DNA of 64,000 nt from Octopus sinensis (Eukaryota): positions 81,716,001 to 81,780,000 of the forward strand of contig NC_042999.1 in the NCBI RefSeq assembly GCF_006345805.1, read 5' to 3'. Under the pieces are notes generated by a model, which was not told the DNA's origin, searched no databases, and saw nothing but the letters and a program-made list of their open reading frames with translations. Each line of letters starts with the position of its first letter. The stretch's first letter is position 1. Shown here in pieces: positions 1 through 13,955 of the stretch. The position numbers and the translations under genes are program-made.

Positions 1-956
1 AGAGTGAGTGAGTGTGTGTGAATGTGGACATGTATATGTAAAGATATATTTGTGAGTGAGTTTTGGTGTTTGTATATTTGTATGTAAGTGTGCAATATGT
101 ATCTTAGAAAATAAAGCATTATAAAACAAACATGTATTTTGGAATATATCAATGAAAAAAATCACTTAAAAGATAAAATGCGATTAAGAATGTATTTGAA
201 AATTAGAGAAAATTTATTAATTTGTATAATGACCAGAAGCAATATAATTTAATAAATGAAGACTCAATTTTATCACTTTACGACAGAGAATCTGTTTAAA
301 CATAATAAACTATGAAGATTACGCTACATGTTTTACTGATATAACAAAAAGCCATGCACACATATACACATATTGCTTTATCAACTAATTATCACATGTC
401 GATATATATCGCTAAACACTACATGATGACTTAACTGTTCTTTCTGTGGACTGTTCGCCCGATGAATTTTAGGATTCGCAAAATTTTTCCTTTTCGTATT
501 CTGCTATCATATTGTGTCGCAAAAAAATCGTTTCGCATAAGTTCCCATAGTCGTAGTTGTACCATGAAATTTTCCATTAAATTGACCAACTAAGTTACTT
601 GATGCACAAAAGTGCAAATGGTACATCCTCAAACCCAGGTCAAATAGGAATGACTTCTTTTGGAATGAAACGATCCTATTCGTGTTATCTATTAGAAAAG
701 TGGTCAAGCAGCCCATGTTGAAAGTTTTATCATGATACCAACAATCAACAGGGTTGTCAAAATGTTGTAGGGAAGAGAAGGAATATAGTTTTCACATGAG
801 AAAAGTTACAAATCTTCGGTAAGGAATTTCAAATATTAATAAGACATAAGTGGTGTGTCTTTCCTAAAACAAATGTGAGGTTCCGTCACCATCATATGTA
901 GGTGTATGTATAGGTATCTGGCTGAGTATTTAGGTATATAAATATCTCTCTCTTTC

Positions 957-1029
<73 letters not shown>

Positions 1030-1034
1030 CATAT

Positions 1035-1668
1035 ATATTACTGGTGAAGGCCGGTTTATAGGGTTAGCCTAGATTTATCGCCATAAAGGATAACTAGGCT
1101 AACCCTATAAACCGGCCTTCACCAGTAATATGTACATATATATATATATATATATATATAAAGGTACCCATAAAGGGTACCTTTATGGCGTTACTTCAGA
1201 TGCTAAGACATGTTGGCCTGTGGTGCCTTTAAAATATGGAGGGGGAAATAATACAGATATTAAAAATGGAGATGATCTCTCATGCTGTTCAGCAATCAAT
1301 TTCCAACTGTGGTGTAATTATCGTTAATAACGTTATTATCGCTATTATGCTTGCATTTCAAGAGATTCCTGTTACCGTTTGGGGAACCGCATAAAAGCGA
1401 TAATAGCAGTATTAGCGATAATGATACCACAGCTGGAAACTGATTGCTGGTGAGAGTGGGAGATAACCCCTATCTTTTACCCTCATAGCCGACAGATGGT
1501 ATAGCTGAAGGAGGATGATACTGCCGGAAACCGATAACCAACACCAAAGGGAGGTAATTCCCATTGTTTATATCTGTATTGTTCCCTCTATATTTTAAAG
1601 GGGCCACAGGCCAACAAGTCTTGCGAGAAAACCTGTGTAACCCTATAAATCGGCCCTCACCAGTAATA
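1035..1668. mobile_element. Palindromic foldback/MITE-like element with nested inverted repeats
   Basis: 1036-1066 (tattactggtgaaggccggtttatagggtta) is the reverse complement of 1638-1668 with 2 mismatches. Internal arms 1205-1269/1561-1622 and 1290-1350/1389-1449 are also inverted. No coding capacity. Confidence 0.75.
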
Positions 1669-1670
1669 AA

Positions 1671-2460
1671 TATACATTGCTCTACGTCTTAGAGTGTGCT
1701 TCTTTTCGTGCGAAACTTTACACAACAACCACGAAACAAACGGTTAAAAAATGTGGACACCCAAACTGTGGAACATGTTTAAACCTAGTTGAAGGCTCGG
1801 ATTTCCTATTCAAGCAGGGTGAAAGGTTCACAATTAAAACCAACTTTACTTGTACCTCTGAGAATCTAATTTATGTAATAACCTGCTCGGGTTGGTGACA
1901 TTGCTCTATAGGACAGACAAGTATGCCATTGATACGGAGAACTACTCTACGTAAAGTGCAAATCCAGTTCCCGCAATACAGACAGATTCCTTTAAGTAGA
2001 CACATAGAGAGATGTGCAAGTAACAACAAACCAAATTTCACAGTTTTCCCCTTCTACAAGTGCAAAGATACAATTTCTTTACAAGAACGTTTAAATAAAG
2101 AAAATTTATTCATCGAAAAATATGAACGCATAACCAACATAGATCCCTATACATATTTTAATTTAAGAATAAATAGCCATTACTGTACACATTTCTCCCC
2201 ACTACTCTAATTTTTAAAAATTATTCTTTATATGTATATATACATATATATGTATGTATTCCCCCCTAGCGAAAGATGAATAATCTTCTCCCCTGACCAC
2301 AATAATAACGGTAACTAATTAACTCCCCTTAGATTTTTCTACTTTTTGAATCATTCATCCATTAACTCCACACGTAAAGGGACAAAATTATTCTTATTAT
2401 TATTAGTGAAAGAAGAAACGGTCGACAAACACAATATAAGATATATTAAAATTTATATTA
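1671..2460 (+). mobile_element. Penelope-like retroelement 3' remnant (GIY-YIG endonuclease, pseudogenised)
   Basis: ORFs 1677-1898 and 1923-2210 share one frame split by a single stop: KCGHPNCGTC...CTSENLIYVITCSGW*HCSIGQTSMPLIRR...LSRHIERC...FTVFPFYK. This matches the Cys-rich linker plus GIY/YIG motif layout of PLE endonucleases. The right boundary is approximate. Confidence 0.85.
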
Positions 2461-2513
2461 AAACTATGTAAAGTGTGTGCATTTTCGTACTTTATTTTAT
2501 ATATATGTATGTT

Positions 2514-2604
<91 letters not shown>

Positions 2605-2636
2605 TATATATATATTTGATATATATTAAAAATATA

Positions 2637-3892
2637 TATGTGGATGTAATATACCTTGATTTTGCAAAAGCTTTTGACAAGGTGGATCTTGGTTTGATAT
2701 GCCACTAACTGCGTGACCTCGGCATAGCTGGAAAACTTGGAGTGTGGTTACATGACTTCCTGAAAGATAGAAGTCAGGCAGTAGTGGCTAATGGAGCCAC
2801 CTCTATGAACACACAAATAGTGAGGGGAGGTTCCACAAGGTACTGTCTTGGGACCACTGCTTTTTATAGTGGTCCTCTCAGATATGCCATCAAATGCCCG
2901 GATAGCCACTCTGGTAAGCTATGCAGATGATACGAAAGTCTCACAGAAAATACAGAACCCCAGCGATGTTGCACACCTGCAGCAGGAGTTGGACTCAATT
3001 TACAGATGGGTTGAGGATAATAATATGCAGTTTAATGCTGAAAAATTCCAGGCCCTGAGCTACCAGCATCCAGAACTGAATATTAAACCTACAAGGTACA
3101 CCGCTCCACAGGGAATTTCAATCCCAGAGCCTAAGTCGGTGAGGGACCTGGGTATCGACATGAGTGATGATACCTCTTTGCAAGTGCACATTACCAGGAT
3201 GGCGACAAAGTGCAGACGACTGGCTGGCTGGATCCTACGAACATTCAGAACCAGAGATAAGGAAACCATGAGTGTCCTCTGGCGGACATTCGTACTCAGC
3301 CGCCTGGATTACTGCTCACAGCTATGGTCACCCACCAGTGTGAGATTAACAGCGGACCTTGAAGCAATCCAGAGAAGATTCACAAAGAAGATCGTCTATT
3401 TGCAACAGCTCAGGTACTGGGGAAGGTTGAAACAGCTAAGACTCTACTCCCTGGAGCGAAGACGGGAGAGGTATGCAGTAATATATATCTGGAAGATACT
3501 GGAAGGAATTGTGCCAAATTTTGGCATTGAAAGCTACACCAATGCCAGAACGGGATGACACTGCATGGTGCCAAAGATCCCAGCAGTGCCATCACGCCTC
3601 AGGACCAGTTACTGCAACAGCCTGGTTTTCAAGGTCCCACAACTTTCTAATATTCTCCCAAAGAGTCTGAGGAACATGCACAAAGTAGGTGTAGGGGTTT
3701 TTTAATCAAAGCTGGACCTCGTCCTGTCGAGAGTCCCAGATGAGCCTATCTCACAGCAAGAGGTGCAAATGAGAGTAGCTGTATCAAACTCAATTCTTCA
3801 TCAAGTGCGACATATTAGAGGAGGCTTCTAGTAATATCAGTGTAGCGCAAAACGGCGGCCGCAGCTTTGGGCTGAAACTTTAAATTTAAAAA
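2637..3892 (+). mobile_element. 5'-truncated CR1/L2-group LINE, reverse transcriptase C-terminal half and 3' UTR
   Basis: YLDFAKAFDKVD, a frameshifted GVPQG region, GPLLF, YADDTK, DLG, RLDYCSQLWSP and LRLYSLERRRER motifs (ORF 2848-3558). It ends in a ggcgg..ccgcagc-tttgg-gctgaaac tail and an A-rich run. Confidence 0.9.
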
Positions 3893-3943
3893 AAAATATT
3901 GATATATATATATATTTAATATATATATATATTTAATATATAT

Positions 3944-3990
<47 letters not shown>

Positions 3991-4676
3991 TATAATATAT
4001 ATATATTTAATATATATACCTATGTGTGTATACCTGGGAGTATGTATGTAAAATTAGGGTAAGAATGAGAGAAAGACAGAGGGAAAGAGATAAAAGACAA
4101 AAATATTTACAGTAAGGAGACTATAACTATAACAGATAATTATCTTTATGTGGGATATTATGTACACACTTTGTTTCGTAAGAAAACGTCAAAGTAAAAA
4201 TTGATATTTTCTTCTGACAAACGAGATTTCGAATATTGTTAATAACACCCTTTTAAAATAATAACACTTGCCTTAAGATTAAACGACATCAATGTCACAG
4301 TAAAGCAGTAAATATTAATTTGCTCTCACAGCTTTAGTAAGCCCAGTGTTGATAAGAGATTTAGTGATGTGTTTATCTGAAGGCTACTGATTGGATTTCA
4401 CAGACCAGCTGAAAAATAAATTTCTTATATCAGCTTCTAAATACACAAGCTCTCTTACAGTATTTTAGTACTGGTTAGATAACTGGCAAACAACTACAGT
4501 CCTCTTCATAATTCTATCCATGCAAGTTGCAATGGACAACAGATAGCCAGTAGCTAGAAAAAATCTTTTCAAATTTTAGGCTTAGTTTCACCCCATCCAC
4601 CGACACATATACACGCATATATGTGCAAGTATCTATACATCTCTCTCTCTCTCTTTCTCTCTCTGTTTATATATAT

Positions 4677-4965
4677 GTAGCTTGATTACCAACCACATGG
4701 TTCTGGGTTCAGTCCCACTGTGCGGCACTTTGGGCGAATGTCTTCTACTCTAGTCTCGGCCGACCAAAGCCTTGCAAGTAGACGGAAACCGAAAGAAGCC
4801 CATCATGTATATAAAAATATGTGTGTGTATAAATGTTTGTGTGTCTGTCTGTCCCCCTACCATAGCTTGTTCGTGTGATTACGTCCACCTTACTTAGCGG
4901 TTCGGTAAATGAGACCGATGTAATAAATACTAGGCTTACAAAGAATAACTAGGCTTACAAAGAAT
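4677..4965 (+). mobile_element. tRNA-derived CORE-type SINE, partial
   Basis: Colinear with the full-length copy at 62028-62426 (ggttctgggttcagtcccactg, gaccaaagcc, agcggttcgg, ggcttacaaagaata). Confidence 0.85.
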
Positions 4966-5933
4966 TACTACGAAATTTGGTGAGTCATGTGTCTTGATCG
5001 TATATATATGTTGTGAATTCAGCCAGTTTATACTACAAATTATATTAATAGATTTGCATTTGAAGGCTTAAGTCTCGTATTACTGTGCACTGGGACATAC
5101 TGAGACGTTTTCTACTTCTATGTTTAGTATACAGCTCAGCAGAGTAAAGATCTTGAGCTTCTTCTCATCCAATATGACGTTGTCCACCACATCCATTAAA
5201 TGCTTGCAAAATCAGTTTATTTCATAGCGGATATACTCTCGAATTTTTTTTTTAGGAAATAAATATATTTCAAAATCGATGTTATATTAGTTTTTATTTC
5301 TAAAGGAATCGATGAAACATTTCAACGAAGCTTTAAGTTTACATGCAGTTAAACATAAGCATTTTAAAAATTTCATTGTTATATCATCAATAGAAAAGAA
5401 ATAATTTGCTTTCATTCCGCTACTCCAAGCAATATATATTATAGTCATTCAGAATATTGTCCTATAATGCAATTCGGCCCACAAACTATCCGAAGACACC
5501 ACTACACTCTACTCACTCTTAGTAATAGACTCAAGACCTCCAGTAATGCTCAAATACAACTTTTATACACAGTCGTATTAAAAATGTCATACAAATCATA
5601 GGAAGAAAGTGATATTATTTTCCACTCTACTAAAAAATGGATTCTGTACCAAATGGATAATTAATCATAGAGTCTATGAGTGTTTGATGAATAATCTAAG
5701 AAACGATGAGCAAACGAGACATAAAAGCAACCAGCCTACCAATCAATGATACGTCTGAACAATTTGGCTCCCAAACAAAGCTACTTTAACCGAATAAACT
5801 AATAATCTCATAGCGGTCGTCGTACCAAACGTATTCAATGTACAATTGTTCCGATCTACCAGACAGAACATACAACTCAGTACTAAGCTGATTTAACTGT
5901 CTTTCATAAAAATTGTTCAATATTTAGTAAGTT

Positions 5934-6003
<70 letters not shown>

Positions 6004-6249
6004 TACTATTAATCGATATAACTTAAATTATTCAGAAAGCTTTTAATTTTCCAACCTATACCTTAAGTGATCAGACACACGTATTGACCATTCATCTATT
6101 ATCATAATATTATTAGCCAGAATAAATGAGAAACCTTTGGAATTCTCTTTGCATTAGAAGCAATTTTGGACTCGATTAAAATTTAGCATGGTAGCCAGTA
6201 TTCGGCAGAAGTGAGCAAATGAGTTGGAATATATATGTATGTGTATATA

Positions 6250-6463
6250 CTCTTTTACTCTTTTACTTGTTTCAGTCATTTGAATGTGGCCATGCTGGAG
6301 CACCGCCTTTTAATCGAGCAACTCGACCCCAGGACTTATTCTTTGTAAGCCCAGTACTTATTCTATCGGTCTCTTTTGCCGAACCGCTAATTGACGGTGA
6401 CGTAAACACACCAGCATCGGTTGTCAAGTGATGTTGGGGAGAGAAAGAGACACACAAACATAG

Positions 6464-6504
<41 letters not shown>

Positions 6505-6661
6505 CGACAGGCTTCTTTCAGTTTCCGTCTACCAAGTCCACTCACAAGGCTTTGGTCGGCCCGAGGCTAGAGTAGAAGACACTTGCCCAAGGTGCCACGC
6601 AGTGGGACTGAACCCGGAATCATGTTGTTGGTAAGCATGCTACTTACCACACAGCCACTCC
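6250..6661 (-). mobile_element. tRNA-derived CORE-type SINE, near full length
   Basis: Reverse complement of the 62028-62426 family, including the head (ggagtggctgtgtggtaag), cttgggcaagt, the internal microsatellite and the 3' tail. Confidence 0.9.
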
Positions 6662-6720
<59 letters not shown>

Positions 6721-7552
6721 AACCAAATAAAAGATAAATTAACTACATTAAAGGGCGGCTTCCATTGCGTGGTCTGTCTATTCACATCTAGAAGTACAAG
6801 CCTTCAGGATGCAGACTGAATAAGAAAAGAGTCACAATTTAATGAATATAATCTTTCCACAATTGTCGAAATAAATGCAGCATTTGTATGCTTTATTTGT
6901 GTGAATATAGCCCCTTTCTATGGAGTACGCAATCTATATAGCAAACTGAATCAGTAGTTAAAATGTCTCCCTCTCATCCTAGATATATGGCTAATTCATA
7001 CAGTAAAATATTTTTCTTAGATTTTAAAATGTCCCTGTTAACGCAGACGCTAATAAGAACACTAAGTCTAGTACAACGTATTGTATGATCATCAACCCAT
7101 CCATGGTTCATTTGTGCAAGGCTGACTTATATACAGGTTAGCGGAAGAAAAACAAAACCTCCTGAAGAGTTGATGAATACATGCACTTCGACCCATTTAG
7201 AACATTGCGTTTGTATGAATATAAGCATCAACATATTTATTTGCATATGCAAATTATGCATATATAATTGCTCTGTCTAAGGCTTTTGGAATTTAATTTT
7301 ATATAATGACCGCCTTTCTTGGTTTTTACCATTTGGACAAGTTAAAATTCCTTGAGTGTTCCCTGCGTGCTTCACAGTCTTGAGTGATTATCAATTCGTT
7401 ATACCACAAATTTTCAGCCACCATTTACATTTCATCGGAAAGGAAGAGTGGAAATACATAGTAAGGTGATATTTTATTTTGTTGTTTGACGTATCGAGAG
7501 CAAATAGGACAAATAAACACGGGTTCCACACTCTTTATTTTGAATCTTTCAG

Positions 7553-7637
7553 GTTAACGGCAGGAAAGGAGTGGCCTTGAAGGGCCAGATGCAATTTTCC
7601 AATCACATACGCTTCTGCGCCATCCATTCAGGTGTTT
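7553..7637 (+). other. Candidate spliced exon (85 nt) of an unidentified plus-strand gene
   Basis: Acceptor tttattttgaatctttcag, donor gtaagt at 7638, GC-richer than the flanks. Only one frame is open (VNGRKGVALKGQMQFSNHIRFCAIHSGV). Protein not recognised. Confidence 0.4.
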
Positions 7638-8536
7638 GTAAGTGACTTATACAACTTAGACATCCCAGCATTCGAGTATAACATCCAGCATGTGACAACA
7701 AGACAGAGAATCTATTACGTCAGCACACATCTGTTAATTAATTAACTTGAGTAGATTGAGCAACAGCAACAACAAATAAATTGCCTTACTTAAGAAAAAT
7801 GTGCGCATCTTAGAAAACTAAGATCAAATCACATCATTTGTGTTTGCATATATATATGGATGTGTGCATGTGTTTGTCTATGTGTGAGCAGGTGTGTGTG
7901 TGCTTTTGTGTGGTTGTATATGCACATGTGCATACCTACATATGCCTGTATGTGCATTTGAATATTTAGTCACTGAACGCACATAGATTTAATTCACATA
8001 CATTATGATACACAATGTGTCAATTAGCTAATGCATTTCGCTATGTGATGTTCATACCTGATACAATAAGCCTTACATTTATCAAAATTATCAATGCATT
8101 TTCTTTTGCAGTTGAGTTGAACTTTGAGGCTAATATAGTCGAATGCGAATGGGGAATTTTGTTAGGCTTGCAGGCGTTTGGATCAACGGAGACAAATGAA
8201 ATACTTTGAAGCAGTAATTTGCCTTTGGCAGTGTATAAATACCTATAATTGGTAAATATCATTATCTGAGGAGAAACGATGAGATATTAAAAAAAGAAAA
8301 ACATTACTTGCGTAGTTATAATTCAGAGTATGACGTCATGATATATAAAGAATGTTTTGTATGTTAGAGACCATACACATATAAGGCATACATAGTGCGA
8401 AAATGACAGAATCAGAACATCAGGCAAATTAACATTTAGCTTTTCGTCACTCAATGAACGTCCACATTTTCGAAACCGACCGAGGTACATAATAAATTTT
8501 ATAGTCCTCATTTACACAGAAATATACCATAAATAT

Positions 8537-8747
<211 letters not shown>

Positions 8748-9147
8748 TATTGGGTCATCCCATAAATAATCCGTGTTTTATATTGCTGTTATTTTTCAAA
8801 ATTAAAATGAACAAAGTTATTTTTTAATCTAAAATATACTCCCCTTCATTTTCTACAATGCTCTTCCATCTGTCTGGTAGACTTGCAAGGGCCCTCTTCC
8901 AAACTTCGCTTGCCCGCGACGAAAAATACTCCTTCAGTATTGATCTGACCCCGTCTACAGGATTCATATTTGTCCCTCCAAACGATTCTGTGAGATTGCA
9001 GAATAAATGATAATCATATGGGCAATGTCCGGCGAATATAGTGGGTGGGGTATCGTTTCCAATTCAAACTGTTCCAGCTTCTGGAATGTCATCCTCGCTG
9101 TATGTGACAAAACATTATCCTAATGGAAGAACATTATCCTGATGGAA
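8748..9147 (-). mobile_element. Mariner transposase 3' remnant with TIR
   Basis: Minus strand reads FHQDN..HTARMTFQKLEQFELETIPHPLYSPDIA and RWKSIVENEGEYILD*. A TIR-like tattgggtcatcccataaat lies at 8748. Confidence 0.85.
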
Positions 9148-9414
9148 GATGCCAGTGCCGCTGGACTGGCTCCTGTGCACGTAGCACGTAAGAAACAGCA
9201 TTTGAGCGTGGTCGTTGCCGGTACCGCCTGACTGGCCCTCGTACCGGTGTCACGTAAAAGCACCCACTCGGAGTGGTTGGAGTTAGGAAGGGCATGCAGC
9301 TGTAGAAACTCTGCCAGATCAGATTGGAGCCTGGTGCAGCCATCTGGTTCGCCAGTCCTTAGTCAAATCGCTCAATCCATGCCAGCAAGCAAGCGGACGT
9401 TAAACGATGATGAT
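9148..9414 (+). mobile_element. SINE or LINE 3' end with RTE-like tail
   Basis: GC-rich body ending in ccatgccagc..gcggacgttaaacgatgatgat, which resembles RTE-type 3' ends. Family assignment is from recall. Confidence 0.65.
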
Positions 9415-9433
9415 ACATACATATAGCCCCAAT

Positions 9434-9501
<68 letters not shown>

Positions 9502-9504
<3 letters not shown>

Positions 9505-9719
9505 TTTTCTTTTCTACTCTAGGCATAAAGCCCGACATTTTGAGGGAGAGAGCCAGTGGATTAGATCGACTCCAATATGCCACTGGTACTTAATTTATGG
9601 ATCCCGAAAGAACGAAAGGAAAGTCGACCTCGGCAAAATTTGAACTCAGAACGTAAAGATAGACGAAATAATGATAAGCATTTCGCCCGGTGTGCTAACG
9701 TTTTCGCCATCTCGCAGCC
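9502..9719 (-). mobile_element. tRNA-derived SINE (second family)
   Basis: Minus strand has a tRNA-like head (cgttagcacaccgggcgaaatgc; gttctgagttcaaatt) and the gaggtcgactttcctttc body. Related copies are at 24466, 34590 and 42058. Confidence 0.85.
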
Positions 9720-11048
9720 TTAAAAAGGTATGAATTCTAAGAGGAAAAAATTTTATTCTATAAAATTTCTAAAATAGACAACATTTCTAGTTCGTCACTT
9801 TGAGTTCTGTTGTAAAATATATTGTCTGGTTGCCACAATATATATGCTTAACAATTATAGCCGACCATGTGAGGTACAAGATCTGCATAGCAGAACCCAA
9901 CAACATTGCTGGAATTTAATGAGGGTTCTTGTTGTTCATAAAAACACCGCTTGCTACATGAAATTTAAAGTAGTTGAAATAAAATGGAATACTTGATGGG
10001 ATGGAAGAATATTATCGCCCCTGAGACAATCAGTTATGTTTTCGATCATATATTTATGAGTAAATGAATCATATTGTTACAGAGTGTTGGTACATCAAAA
10101 TGATATAGCATAATAGTAGGTAATCGTATCTGCTATTGAGTGCATTTTACTTTCAATGCGTAACAGTGGTAGCTTGTACATGACAATGATAAACTGCATC
10201 AGAATTCATCTGCATCTTGTGGCCCGTAATAATGATTTCTTGGGGGTTATCCCAAAATAGTTGGGGATTGTATGGTACAAAACCAACATAACTGTGTTAT
10301 TCTATAGAAAGAATAATTAAAAATATTAATGTTCATGATTGAGCCTCCTCTGAATGTTTTTATATATTACAAAATTTCTGCAGCATATCTGTATATGTTT
10401 CTATCATATTTATCTCTCGTTCAATCTGAAGCAACCTTGACACTTAGTTACATAAGTGCAGAAGAAAATCAATTTCATATTAAGTATGGATGTGAGAGAT
10501 AGAGTTTGTCTTCCTCTATCATTCAAACTGACAAAAGAAGAAAATAGAGACATGTGAAAACGGAATCCGTACTTTCTTAAGGGAGTCTTAAAAACAACCA
10601 TCTACAAGTAACATGCTGTTTAATATGTATCTGCGGGAGAAGCATTGTGCTTCCGCATAACAGATTCCAGAAGAATATGACCACAAAACTTTACCCTACT
10701 ATGTTTTAAATTACAAAATTTGCATTGTTTATACTGCACAAGTAATTGCATACCTGATGGATGTGCCATATTGAAATTCTCCTTACTGAATTCCTGATAT
10801 ACTGTGCTACAATCCAAGCTTCCCTTTCGCTAGTAGGTTGGGAGGTTCTGTTTGTCTTGTTTTTAGATTGTCCTGACGTTTTTTGGCCCGGTAATAATTT
10901 CTACTGCACCTAGATCTTGCTCGTCTGTCTGTTTAGGCCGCAAGTGGAGCACCTCTCTCTACACCGGTCTCTTTTCTACCCGTTATTTATCTATTTGTGT
11001 TTTGGTGTGGTGGTCGCGTTTGCTTTTACATATGCCGAATATATTTTA

Positions 11049-11083
<35 letters not shown>

Positions 11084-12591
11084 ATAAATTCATTTTGGTC
11101 GATATTCCCAATTCTCTCGTCTGTTCAGAGAGTGGAATAACTCTTCATTGAGAATACGAACTGTTGTTTTGCAACGCATGCTAGAAAGATATGAGAGGGG
11201 TGGGGAGACTCGAGGAGACCGATATTCTGTTAAGAAAGGTTTAGGCTGAATGCTGAGAACGGGATAACTAACGTAGCAATGGAATCGAAGACTGGATCGA
11301 CGAATAGATGGATGCGTCTGATCACTGGTGGTGCACGAGACAGGACATATCTGGCAATCAGAATCCAATATAGATAAGATAGAAAAGATAGACAGAGGCA
11401 CTCGGTGTCTGTGGGACACAAGAAGGAATGTGCCAAGCTTTGGTGAACCGATAGTAAACTAAATGGCATTTGTATGCAGTCCTGTGTATTGTGTTTAGCG
11501 GTAACAGTAGATTACATGACGCACAGAAACAAAGCTCCTCAATTTAGCCTCGCTGAGGGCCGAAAATTGTTGAGGGATTGTAATTTTCTGTTCCTGAAAG
11601 CAAGGCTTACATTTCAGAATGCGTTCCATGCTATGAAAAGGATGTGCCTTCGACAGGCATGTTTCACGGTAATAGCTGAGCTAAGCATTTAATGCTTATG
11701 ATGCGGCAGCAATTGAGTGCCACTCATGTTTTGGAAATGTTGGGTTTCTCAGGTAATTTCGTAATATGAGGATTGCTTGAATATGTGCATGCTCGTGATT
11801 GTGTCCGCTTATATAAACATTTATCCATACATGTATTACAATCAAATCGACGAACAATGAGGATAAATTTTATCATCTCATTATGAAACGTTGCCGTTAA
11901 CTGTACAGTAATCTACATATTGAATGAAACCTATACTTTCTTGGCTCTCTATGTTACGTCGAGCCTGGCTAAGCAATTTATATAGTTAATTCGTTTTAGC
12001 TCTCTGAAAAATTCCTCGTCACGAATATGTTATACAGATTAGAATTTCTTTATGAACGAGCCCACACTCTGTCCAGTGTATATCTACGTTTTTACTCCTC
12101 TTTCCGAAGATATGTTGTTCATGATGTGGATGTCAGTTTTTTTTTTCTTTTCTTACCAATATCTTTTCCATCAATTTATCGTCTGTTCTGCAGGAATCTA
12201 CCTCGATTTTAGTGAAATCACTTATCACAAATGTCTGCAAATGTTAGCAATGCTGATAAAGCTGTTTGCTTACAAGTCAAATAACTTCAACTAATCTTCA
12301 AGTTTTCATGTTAATCTGAAAATAGAATTTCCTGCAACTAATGCAATACACAAGATTTAAACGAAAGCATTTCCTCACATTAACACACGTACATAAACAC
12401 GTATATCGCACAGCAAAGAAAAGAAGTCATGCAACTACACACACGAAATGAAGCTTAATATTGCGTGTATGTGCATATACGCTCACATACTTATATACAT
12501 ACATACTCACATACATACGTCCATACATACACACACACACACACACACACGCACACACACATATATATATATATATGTATATATATATGTA

Positions 12592-12672
<81 letters not shown>

Positions 12673-13275
12673 AAACACACAAACATCCATAAATCTGTGT
12701 GTGTGTGTGTTGTGTGTGTGTGTGTTTCTGTCTATGGCTTGTGAGTAAGTGTCATATTATAAAATTATATTCATACAAACGTCAGTTTAAACCATATTCT
12801 TTCTTTTATGGTCATCTTTCTTTCTTCACATTACAGATTTATCTCAAATTCGATTCAGGCTATATAACGGAATTAGTATTTTGAAATAGAATTGAAACGC
12901 CAAAGATTCAGTGAAAGTTATCGCGTTAAAATTCACTCTAATAATTCTGGATATTTTGTAAATCAACATCCTCATACTGAAATGCAATATTTTTTCCATA
13001 TACATAAGTTACGGAATTCTTCTGTAAACTTCTATCTAAATTATTTTATAAATATTTATTGCGACGATGGAGACATTATTTCGCAATTAACATTTTACGA
13101 AGTATATTTGTAATATTTTAACAAATTGTAATTCGCTCTTCTGGTTACCACCATGAAACCAATACGTGTTTTATGGTTCTATCATTTGTTTTGATATTTA
13201 TGTATGTATGGTTGATGAATAAACAAAATATATACGCACAGATGCATATAGATCTACATTATAAATATCTATCAA

Positions 13276-13383
<108 letters not shown>

Positions 13384-13605
13384 AACGACTACTAGGCACC
13401 TAAGAGGCAAAAGAGAAATGCATGTATATAAGATGTGAATGAAGAACTTGGAGTTGAACATGGTGATCTGTACTTCCGTTTTGTTAGATATATTTCAGTA
13501 TTCGGTAATAAATGATGTTACGATGTGAGTGTAATCCACAGAGGAACATCACACAGCCCACGTCCCCACACACACCCACAGTCACACACACACATATATA
13601 TTCTT

Positions 13606-13890
13606 TTATTCTTTTACTTCTTTCAGTCATTTGATTGCGGCCATACTGGAGCACCGCCTTTAGTCGAACAAGAGGACCCCCAGCACTTATTCTTTGTAAA
13701 CCTACTACTTATTCTATCAATCACTTTTGCCGAACCGCTAAGTTACTGGGACCTAAGAACACCAATATCAGTTGTCAAGTGATAGTGGGGGGGGGCAAAC
13801 ATACACAGACACATATACAGACACGCACACAGACACACATACACACACACTCACACACACACACATACACACACACATACACACACACAT

Positions 13891-13955
<65 letters not shown>

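Noticed and set aside
2405-2432. GAAACGGTC motif downstream of the PLE endonuclease
   Set aside because: It could be the 3' half of a pLTR hammerhead, but there is no CUGANGA or stem II upstream.
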